Positions 30,655-38,249 of a DNA stretch of 64,000 nucleotides are shown here, piece after piece. Positions within the stretch are counted from its first letter, which is position 1, and each line of letters begins with the position of its first letter. The DNA is taken from positions 33,929 through 97,928 of the forward strand of contig MHGF01000034.1 in assembly GCA_001805445.1 (NCBI GenBank). The letters run 5' to 3'. The translations under genes and the position numbers were made by a program. This stretch comes from Omnitrophica WOR_2 bacterium GWF2_43_52. Lineage in GTDB: Bacteria > Omnitrophota > Gorgyraeia > Gygaellales > UBA12090. The notes beneath the pieces were generated by a model. The model had not been told where the DNA came from. It was given only the letters and a program-made list of their open reading frames with translations, and did not search any database.

Positions 30655-30870
30655 AGTTTATATAATTCTATCAGTTTATCTGATTATGTCAAGGTAATCA
30701 ACGGGGTATTCTGTAATCGGCCGATAAGCGGGGGAAATGGGTGGCCCCGCCGTAGGCGGGGACAGGACCCATTTTCTTGGATGCGCGGAAATAAGAAAGA
30801 AACCGTGTCTAACGCGGTAATTAAAAAACCGCTTCTTTTTGACCTTGTCAATGACCAAGCCTTCTTTGGA

Positions 30871-31122
30871 TTAGCGGCTGGCTCGCACTTTGATAATTCC
30901 CAGCTCCGCGATGATTTTCTCTTGGTTGCTCAAGACGCGGTCTAATTTTTTATCCAAGTCCTTTTGTGAGCGCGTGATGGCTGTCAGCTCTTCGAGCCTT
31001 GATTCTATATGTTGCAGGGTTTGCGGCGGTTCCGCGGGTTCTTTCTGCGCGCATAAAGTACGCAGGCTGAGCCCGGCGACACATATCAAGAAAATAACGA
31101 CAAGAAAAATTTTTTTTATCAT
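30871..31122 (-). CDS. small secreted/membrane coiled-coil protein
   Basis: Signal/TM IFLVVIFLICVAGLSL; 83 aa. Its start lies 34 bp from MITE-B copy 2. Confidence 0.3.
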   Translation of the reverse strand: MIKKIFLVVIFLICVAGLSLRTLCAQKEPAEPPQTLQHIESRLEELTAITRSQKDLDKKLDRVLSNQEKIIAELGIIKVRASR

Positions 31123-31155
31123 GGCCCATTCTCCTTCTTTAGGTAATTTAAGGTC

Positions 31156-31469
31156 CTTTCGTGAATTTTGTGATTAGAGTAGTTTGCGAAACTAATAATT
31201 TTTTCGCTCAGGACGATTTTTTCACGTCAAAAAGCCTCTCATAGTTTCGGCGACTGCGGAACTCGCCCGTCGGCTTGCGCCAGGACGGGCTCAAACATCC
31301 TCGTCGTCCGCCACTATTGCACAGTGGCGGATACCCGAAACTATTCGGGCTTTTTGCCTAAAATCGTCATTCGCTGCAAAAACTATTAGTTTCGCTATGC
31401 ACAGTGATCTTAGTGATGCCCTTGATTATCAAACAGTTATGTTACTTGCTCCACATTATTTACGAATGA
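31156..31469 (+). repeat. MITE-like repeat family B, copy 2
   Basis: Collinear with 16786-17099, including the terminal cattatttacgaatga. Confidence 0.65.
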
Positions 31470-31487
31470 ATTTAATTTCGCGTATCT

Positions 31488-32597
31488 TTATTGTTCCTGC
31501 CAGGTTGTTGACGAGAAATTCCCGGAAATGCCCATGCCGGTAGTGTCTACATACCTATCGGCATATTTAAGTTCAATATTGCCTCTGAGGTAAATAGCGG
31601 CTCCCATCAGGCCGCCTTCATTGTGTATACAATTAAAATCTATCGTTCCGTATTGCGTATAAATCAGGCCAGTAAAGTCGCGGCTTGAAGAAAGGTCCCC
31701 ATCTGGCGCAGAAGAAATAATGTTTCCGTTTTGTGTAGCCAAATTCGGAAAAGTTTCCGGCCCACCTTGTTTATTATGGGCAGAGATACTCATTTTTCCA
31801 ATTCCAATAATGGTAATGTTTCCTTCGGCAACGATACTTGTTTTTGAAAAAGTGATTTTATTGTTTCGATTAGTGCCGGTATCAATAGTGACATTTCCCG
31901 TAACGTAATAAAATTTGTTGTTATAACTGTTCTCTGCAAAAGTAGAAGAGCCGTTAGTGTAGTTGCATTGATTGCCGCAGGTTTTAGCATAATCTTCAAA
32001 ATACGTCATATTAATCGCGGGGATGCTGGTTGGCCCGACAATAGCAGTTGCATTTGAAGGCGGAGGAAAGGTCCAATCTTCGTCTTCATTGATCGTTGCA
32101 TCACTATCATCCCCTTCAAAATTTGGCGAGGCGATAGTTCCGTTGACGCTTATAGAATAACCGCTGGTATTATTCCAGTCAAACCTGTCTCCTCCTGCCG
32201 CGACGTTACTAAAGCCTCCCTGGGTAAGCGTAAGGTTTACCTGCCGCAGCGCGCGGTAGTTTGCCTGAGAAGGAACGTAACCTGTTGTAATAACAGTGAG
32301 TGCGTTGCCTGAGGAGGTGCAGTTACAGGCGTATTGCCCTGGCCCAAATGTGTGAGTTACATTGGTAATATTCGTGCAGTTAAAATTCCGGGAGAGTTGG
32401 TTTTGCGCCCATTGCGCTCCGGCCTCGGCTATATTGAGTGCTTGTTCAGAATTAAGGGTACGCAGGTTTATTTCAAAATCGCCGGACTCAAGATTGAGTA
32501 ATGCCCAGCCCAGAATGCTAAAAACCAGCATCGCGAAGATGACGATGATCAGGGCGGCCGCTTTATTATTACCGTGTATATTGCTAAATTGATTCAT
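31488..32597 (-). CDS. PilX-like minor pilin, Asn-rich with many N-x-S/T sequons
   Basis: MNQFSNIHGNNKAAALIIVIFAMLVFSILGWALL is paralogous to the N-terminus of the 8975..9415 product. About 15 NxS/T sequons in 369 aa. Confidence 0.45.
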   Translation of the reverse strand: MNQFSNIHGNNKAAALIIVIFAMLVFSILGWALLNLESGDFEINLRTLNSEQALNIAEAGAQWAQNQLSRNFNCTNITNVTHTFGPGQYACNCTSSGNALTVITTGYVPSQANYRALRQVNLTLTQGGFSNVAAGGDRFDWNNTSGYSISVNGTIASPNFEGDDSDATINEDEDWTFPPPSNATAIVGPTSIPAINMTYFEDYAKTCGNQCNYTNGSSTFAENSYNNKFYYVTGNVTIDTGTNRNNKITFSKTSIVAEGNITIIGIGKMSISAHNKQGGPETFPNLATQNGNIISSAPDGDLSSSRDFTGLIYTQYGTIDFNCIHNEGGLMGAAIYLRGNIELKYADRYVDTTGMGISGNFSSTTWQEQ

Positions 32598-32639
32598 TGT
32601 TAAATTGTTAAACGATCATTGGTAAATCTAATAACCTTA

Positions 32640-32745
32640 ATTAATTGTTTGCCCACAGTATCCTTGGCAAAATAATTCCATTTAAGCATAGTTTCCCGCA
32701 TATAATTTGATAAATTAAAAGCAATTATATGCGTACGTATATCTT
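32640..32745 (-). pseudogene. truncated remnant (N-terminal ~35 codons) of a four-helix-bundle gene paralogous to 9426..9797
   Basis: Nucleotide collinearity between 32640-32745 and 9690-9800 (ttgtttgcccacagtatccttggcaaaataattccattt.. versus ttgtctacccacggtatctttagcaaaataatcccattt..). Minus-frame translation ..LKDIRTHIIAFNLSNYMRETMLKWNYFAKDTVGKQLIK, then a stop. Confidence 0.5.
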
Positions 32746-32999
32746 TTAACTCCAGCAGTTTAGCAATTTAACCATGTAACAATTTAATTCCATCACTTTA
32801 ACTCCAGCAGTTTAACAATGTAGCCATGTAACAATTTAATTCCGTCACTTTAACTCCAGCAGTTTAACAATGTAGCCATGTAACAATTTAATTCCGTCAC
32901 TTTAACTCCAACAGTTTAACAATGTAACCATGTAACAATTTAATTCCGTCACTTTAACTCCAGCAGTTTAACAATGTAGCCATTTAACAATTTAATTAA
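32741..32999. repeat. tandem array, 5 copies of a 52-53-bp unit carrying the pilin 5' motif
   Basis: Unit ctttaactccagcagtttaacaatgtagccatgtaacaatttaattccgtca starts at 32745, 32798, 32850, 32902 and 32954. It contains catggctacattgttaaa (minus strand), identical to the start-codon region of the 10955..11479 gene. Confidence 0.8.
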
Positions 33000-33553
33000 A
33001 GGTTTCTCGGATACACCTTTGTTTTTATTGTCTTAGACTGCGTGCCCGACTGAAACGTCGCGTTAATATCTATCCGATAGACATCGGTCGCGGTAGGCGC
33101 GACAAGCGGCGTCGTAATAAGCTGGTTAGTTTTATTGTAATAACTAAAGGTGAAATTGTTTACCCCTGCGGCAAGGATGTCGGTATTACGCAGTAAATTA
33201 TTGCCTGATACTTGATAGGAAATTGACGTGCTCTTGGTGTCAGTAAACTGTAATTGCCAGGCGCTGGCGGCTGCAAGCGAGTCGGCATCCCGCATCTGCC
33301 GTATTTCCCTTGACATTCTCATCAGCGCCAGCCTTCCCTGCGAAATCACTTCATTACGAAAGGAAAGGAAACGCCAGAGATTAACGGTTTCTCGGATATA
33401 GAGCGACGAGATGCCGGTTAAGATTCCCACGATAACGATTACCGTAATCAGTTCAATCAGGGTTACGGCTTTGGTTGAGTTTTTTTTACTCGTTTTCTTT
33501 TGTGTTGTCATATAAAGATACAGAGAGTACTGAAAAAATACCTTTTTACACAA
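32996..33553 (-). CDS. type IV prepilin-like minor pilin (FimT/PilW-like)
   Basis: ...NSTKA|VTLIELITVIVIVGILTG. The likely start is the internal MTTQKK at about 33511. Confidence 0.65.
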   Translation of the reverse strand: MCKKVFFQYSLYLYMTTQKKTSKKNSTKAVTLIELITVIVIVGILTGISSLYIRETVNLWRFLSFRNEVISQGRLALMRMSREIRQMRDADSLAAASAWQLQFTDTKSTSISYQVSGNNLLRNTDILAAGVNNFTFSYYNKTNQLITTPLVAPTATDVYRIDINATFQSGTQSKTIKTKVYPRNL

Positions 33554-33602
33554 AGTCGTGTTTACCTTAATTTTTCAGCAACCTCATACATTAAGTTTGC
33601 GC

Positions 33603-34199
33603 TTAATGCGCGCTTATAATTGTAGTCATCGCGGTATCATTAGTAAGGCCGCGGCCTGATACCGAAACCGTTACCTGTTTATAACAACATTCATTACAGC
33701 TGGTGCAATTGTTTATTGCTCCGCAGGTAGCCGTGGTGCAGGCTTGCCAGGCGGTATTATTGAGTACTGCGTACTGGATGTTTACTGTTCGATTGTATCC
33801 TGTGACCGGGATATCCGTAGCGTTACGGAAATCATCAATATCATCCCAATTGTCTCTTGCCGCGGCGGTTTCATTAGTCACATTGTTTAAGCCTTTTGTG
33901 GTGTTGTCGATTCCAAGGTTCGTGCTCCAGGGAGCGGCCGTATTCTCGTCAAAGCGTTTTGTTCTTATTTCTTCCATAAGCTCTTGGGTGTAAAATGCCG
34001 CGTCCGCGAGCGCCTCCGAACGACCCGAGCGCCAGGCGACATTTGCCCACATATTCAGTAGCGGAGGAATAGCCACCCCCAGGACAACAATGATAACGAT
34101 AATTTCAATAAGGGTGAGGCCGCTTGCTTTTTTTTTCCGCGATTTTAAATTCAAAAAGGTAATCCTCATAGAATATGTTTTCTGTAAGTTAATCACCAA
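33603..34199 (-). CDS. type IV prepilin-like minor pilin, Cys-rich and sequon-rich C-terminal domain
   Basis: ...KKKASG|LTLIEIIVIIVVLGVAI. Eight NxS/T sequons; cluster CTTATCGAINNCTSCNECC. Confidence 0.65.
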   Translation of the reverse strand: MVINLQKTYSMRITFLNLKSRKKKASGLTLIEIIVIIVVLGVAIPPLLNMWANVAWRSGRSEALADAAFYTQELMEEIRTKRFDENTAAPWSTNLGIDNTTKGLNNVTNETAAARDNWDDIDDFRNATDIPVTGYNRTVNIQYAVLNNTAWQACTTATCGAINNCTSCNECCYKQVTVSVSGRGLTNDTAMTTIISAH

Positions 34200-34270
34200 T
34201 AATCAAGATACAATAACCATATAATAAACAATCACCAATTTACCAATATTTAAATAGTTTTGTTGTTTGG

Positions 34271-34513
34271 ACATTAGTACATTGTTACATAAGTTTTTAA
34301 AATAGCTGTAAAAATGGGTGGCCGGGTTGTGTTTGAGCGGGGCGTACGGAAATTTCTGCGGCTTGGACTCCGCCGCAGGCGGAGCGCAGAAATTTACGCC
34401 GAGTGAGGCTTGCCGCAGGAGCAAGCCGAACGTCCCCGCGAAAACATAACCTGGACAGGACCCATTTTTACCATCATATCTATCAAAGAACTTATGTAAC
34501 AATGCATTAGGTA
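34271..34513 (-). repeat. MITE-like repeat family A, copy 3 (inverted orientation)
   Basis: Core is the reverse complement of the 4973-5150 core (gagcggggcgtacggaaatttctgcg...). TIRs cattagtacattgttacataagtt / aacttatgtaacaatgcattagg are homologous to the copy 1 TIRs. Confidence 0.6.
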
Positions 34514-34609
34514 TTGGAATTTATTTGGTAATTGTATTTTGGTTATTGATTATTGTATACTCTTATAATTTCTTTTCCATTTTAACCTGCAACCTGTGGC
34601 CTGTGGCGG

Positions 34610-35143
34610 TTATTCCACCCGCACCCTTCCCGTGTTAGGGTTTACATAGAGTGTAGAATTGTTTCCCTTATAGATAAAATTTACCCAACCATCACTGCTT
34701 AAATTTGTTCCGGTCGCGTTTTGAGGAATCCCTTCCCAGTTAAAACGCAAGGTAGCTCCTCCTCCAAAGTTAGCCGCGGTGATGTTGATGCCGTTATAGT
34801 AAGGGTCTATTCTAAAATTCACCGTAAGATTAGCCTTAGTGAAAGGATCGGGAATTGCCACCCAGGCATTGCTTCCCTGGGGAGATTCCTCCTCAGCCGC
34901 ATAGGTATCGATTGTTTCGTCAAAGATAATCCTGCAATTGGTATGCTTAGCGATAGCGATTTGCTGGACAAAACGGACATTTTGGGTGATTTTTTTGAGC
35001 GCGCCGCTAAACTGAATCATGGCAAAGCCGGCGATACGGGGAAGCGCTATCATGGCGATGATGCCGATAATGACTATCACCATAATAAGCTCAATAAGGG
35101 TAAAAGCGCCGGGAAGGGTTTTCTTTTTTATCCTAAGGTTCAT
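34610..35143 (-). CDS. type IV prepilin-like protein
   Basis: MNLRIKKKTLPGA|FTLIELIMVIVIIGIIAMIALP; 177 aa. Confidence 0.7.
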   Translation of the reverse strand: MNLRIKKKTLPGAFTLIELIMVIVIIGIIAMIALPRIAGFAMIQFSGALKKITQNVRFVQQIAIAKHTNCRIIFDETIDTYAAEEESPQGSNAWVAIPDPFTKANLTVNFRIDPYYNGINITAANFGGGATLRFNWEGIPQNATGTNLSSDGWVNFIYKGNNSTLYVNPNTGRVRVE

Positions 35144-35239
35144 AATTACTTTATTTTATGTTGTTTACGCGTAAATAGCAAGCAAAAAAGGCAAAAAAAT
35201 ATTACAAAACGCGGTATTTATGGTATAGTATCTTTCACT

Positions 35240-36352
35240 ATGGCGGAAAAACAAAAAAATATCATGGAAGATATCGCCCGCGATTTTATCAAGCATTCTC
35301 TGACGATGCGCTATGATATTTGCACCTGTGGGCAATGCAAAGAGGATATGGTTGCGTCAGCGCTTACCACTCTTCCTGTTGAGAATGTTCCGCTACAGGC
35401 GGTATCGGCTTCGCTCATAGACGAGACAAAGCTTAAGTATAAGGCAGAGCTTGCCCGGGCAATGTTTAACGCTATAGATATGGTAAGTAAAAACCCCAGC
35501 CATAAGCTTACCGAAGACAGAATTGAATCATTTCGGTTGTTGCTTAATAATATTCTTGAAGATAGAGGCCTTGATTTCAGGCAGTATAACCAGGGGGTAA
35601 TCAGGCGCAAGGTCGGATATAGAATGCATATGAACGGAGTAAGTTCTTATGGCGAATACGCGCGGTTTTTAAGAAAAAGCCCTGATGAGTATGAAAAAAT
35701 GCTAGAGGCCTTATGTATTAACGTCACCGAATTTTTCCGCGATATGGAGGTGTGGGTAACCATACGCTATCTTTTGGAAACCCTCATTAATCAAAAAAAA
35801 CTCAAAGGCCATAACACCCTGCGCATATGGTCGGCGGGCTGCTCAAGCGGCGAAGAACCGTATTCTCTGGCCATTGTGCTTAAGGAATTATTAAAGGCGG
35901 GGCTCAAAAATTTCTCTTTTGAACTCTACGCCACCGATATTGACAAAAAATGTTTATTGATGGCCAGCGATGGGGTGTACCCAAAAAATAACCTGAAGAA
36001 TGTGGAGGAAAAATATCTCAAGAGTTATTTTACCCTTCTTGGCGACGGAAATTACCGCATAAAAGAAGAAATAAAAAACATGGTGAAATTTCAGTATCTG
36101 GATTTGATAAAGCAGGATTTTTTAAGGGAAACCGATGTTATTGTGTGCCGGAATGTCTTTATTTATTTTAACCGCGAGCTCCAAGAGCAATTGCTGAAGA
36201 AATTCTATTTTTCGTTATGCCCCGGAGGGTATTTAATTAAAGGTAAGGCCGAGACCATTATCAATGAGGCAAGTGGATACCATTTTGAGGATGTGGACAC
36301 CAATGCCCGTATTTATAGAAAGCTCATACCTACAGATAGCCTAGTAAAGTAA
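35240..36352 (+). CDS. ComFB-like domain fused to CheR-type SAM-dependent methyltransferase
   Basis: N-terminus MAEKQKNIMEDIARDFI...YDICTCGQCKEDMVASALTTLP..KNPSH has the ComFB Cys cluster and ALN.LP motif. Then a CheR fold (VTEFFRD..LRIWSAGCSSGEEPYSLAIVL..ELYATDID..VIVCRNVFIYF). The ORF-track start at 34721 is a spurious upstream extension. Confidence 0.7.
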   Translation: MAEKQKNIMEDIARDFIKHSLTMRYDICTCGQCKEDMVASALTTLPVENVPLQAVSASLIDETKLKYKAELARAMFNAIDMVSKNPSHKLTEDRIESFRLLLNNILEDRGLDFRQYNQGVIRRKVGYRMHMNGVSSYGEYARFLRKSPDEYEKMLEALCINVTEFFRDMEVWVTIRYLLETLINQKKLKGHNTLRIWSAGCSSGEEPYSLAIVLKELLKAGLKNFSFELYATDIDKKCLLMASDGVYPKNNLKNVEEKYLKSYFTLLGDGNYRIKEEIKNMVKFQYLDLIKQDFLRETDVIVCRNVFIYFNRELQEQLLKKFYFSLCPGGYLIKGKAETIINEASGYHFEDVDTNARIYRKLIPTDSLVK

Positions 36353-36491
36353 CGGCGCGCTCTCTTAGGTGTGTGTATTAAAAGATGCAAAAACTTTTCT
36401 CACAAGGCTCGCTTTAGAGGTTACTGAAAAATTAAGGTAAACACGAATTTGTGTAAAAAGGTATTTTTTCAGCACCCTCATTCTATTTTGC

Positions 36492-36520
36492 TTGACAAAA
36501 AATGCTTTAATTTTATAATG
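36492..36520 (+). promoter_or_regulatory. consensus sigma70-type promoter TTGACA-17-TATAAT
   Basis: ttgaca at 36492-36497, 17-nt spacer, tataat at 36515-36520. About 205 nt upstream of the REC-GGDEF start. Confidence 0.5.
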
Positions 36521-36725
36521 AAAAGATATGTTGTTTTCTTTTTGAAAGAAAATGTTTTATTAAGACAGCGATTTTTTTAGCAAGAAAATGCGCTTTTGGG
36601 AAAATAGGATTGTAACACTATGGTTTGCAGCGTATTGTAACTCAAAGGAAACAGAAATCGCCAGAACTTATTTTTACAAAAGTATAGTGTTATAAGCGAT
36701 TTGATGCTTCAATAACGGGATTACT

Positions 36726-37661
36726 ATGAGCGATTCTGATGGCAGCATCTTAGTTTTAGTAGAAGATAACCCTACGCAAGAATTATTATCGGGGCTTCTT
36801 CAGGGTGAAGGTTATGCTATAATTACCGCGCATAGCCAAATCGAGGCGTTAGATATTTTGAGCCGGCAATCCTTTAGCCTGGTAATTTTGGATTTTGAAA
36901 GTTCGCGTATTAAAGGGATTGAGTTTTGCAAAACGATACGTAAAAATTTCAGGCTGCGCCATATCAATTTGATCCTTTTAATGGCCAATAAAGACCCTTT
37001 AAATAAAATTAAGGGTATTTACGCGGGAGCGGATGATTATATCGATAAACCAATCGATTCCGCGGAATTTTTAGCGCGGGTAAAGGCCTCGCTTGTGCGC
37101 ATGACCAGGGATTTGGACGCGAATCCTTTAACGAAGCTGCCCGGTAATTTCTCCTTATTGAGGGAATTGGAAGAAAGGACAAAAGCCCATGCCCCTATGG
37201 CAGTAGGGTATTTGGACTTAAGCAAATTTAAGGAATTCAACGACCGCTATGGTTTTGAAAAGGGAGACCATGTCATTGCCCATACGGCAAGCATTATCAG
37301 TAAAACCTTGGAGGAAATGGGCAATTCCACGGACTTCTTAGGCCATGTTGGAGGCGATGATTTCATTTTCATTACCACTCCTGATTGCCTGGACGCGGTG
37401 TGCAAGAAGATCATCGGCGATTTTGATACAAGTATCCTCTCTTTTTATGATGAAGAGGACAGGAAGCGGGGTTATATTGTTACCAAAAACAGAATGGGCC
37501 AAATATCCAAAGTTCCTATTATGACCGTTTCTATTGGTATCGCAACCAACGAATGCCGGAAATTTTCTCATATCGGCGAGATAATTCAGGTGTTTACAGA
37601 GCTGAAAAATTACGCCAAGACCTTAGGCAAAAGTATCTATGTAAAGGACAGGCGCAAATAG
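36726..37661 (+). CDS. response regulator receiver fused to GGDEF domain (motif GGDDF)
   Basis: REC domain ([20 protein letters not shown]), GGDEF fold ([30 protein letters not shown]). Confidence 0.8.
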   Translation: MSDSDGSILVLVEDNPTQELLSGLLQGEGYAIITAHSQIEALDILSRQSFSLVILDFESSRIKGIEFCKTIRKNFRLRHINLILLMANKDPLNKIKGIYAGADDYIDKPIDSAEFLARVKASLVRMTRDLDANPLTKLPGNFSLLRELEERTKAHAPMAVGYLDLSKFKEFNDRYGFEKGDHVIAHTASIISKTLEEMGNSTDFLGHVGGDDFIFITTPDCLDAVCKKIIGDFDTSILSFYDEEDRKRGYIVTKNRMGQISKVPIMTVSIGIATNECRKFSHIGEIIQVFTELKNYAKTLGKSIYVKDRRK

Positions 37662-37850
37662 GAAGATACTGTAAATATCCCGCCTCGCCTGCCTCGCCGG
37701 CAGGCGGGTAAGCTGTGCTAAAATTTCGATTCGATGATTTTAGCGCATTCGGCGGGATCAATTCCGGCAAACAACTTATGACGCTCGTACAAAAATAAAG
37801 GTTTCCCGTTTAACGGCAGGCATAAGTTGTGTCGTCATTGAGGAGGCGCG

Positions 37851-38156
37851 ATGGACGAAAAGCGTAAATACAGAAGGACTCCCGCCAGGGAAAAGGCATT
37901 TTTAAAATGCAAAGAAAATAATTCGCACGAGGGTGAGCTTATGGATGTCAGCTCGGGAGGCTTGCGTATGCTTTCGGCAGATAAGGTTAAAGTGGGAAGC
38001 ACGCTTACCGGGAAGTTTAAAATTATGCCGCAGATGGGAAGTTTTTATATATCAGGCGAGGTTATATGGGTGAAGCCGATGGCCAGTGAATCAAATCAGG
38101 CAGTGTATGAAGTAGGGATAAAATTTAATAAAGTAAGCACAATTCCTTCAGAATAA
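37851..38156 (+). CDS. PilZ domain protein
   Basis: RKYRRTPAR (RxxxR) and DVSSGGLRM (DxSxGG); 101 aa. Confidence 0.7.
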   Translation: MDEKRKYRRTPAREKAFLKCKENNSHEGELMDVSSGGLRMLSADKVKVGSTLTGKFKIMPQMGSFYISGEVIWVKPMASESNQAVYEVGIKFNKVSTIPSE

Positions 38157-38249
38157 CCTTTTTTATAGATACACTAAAAATCCATAAAAAGAAACTCCGT
38201 TAGAAAAAAACTAACGGAGTTTCTTTTTTACAACGTCATTGAAAGCGCG

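Noticed and set aside
32741-32999. Possible CRISPR array
   Set aside because: The 52-bp units are directly tandem with no unique spacers, no cas genes nearby, and the unit is derived from the pilin 5' motif. It is a tandem duplication, not CRISPR.
34721-35239. ORF-track N-terminal extension of the ComFB-CheR gene starting at 34721
   Set aside because: The extension overlaps the divergently oriented prepilin gene 34610..35143 on the opposite strand. The ComFB domain begins at MAEKQKN (35240).
36520-36725. c-di-GMP riboswitch in the REC-GGDEF leader
   Set aside because: No GEMM-type paired-hairpin architecture with conserved GNRA and receptor elements could be recognised by eye. Left as an untested leader.
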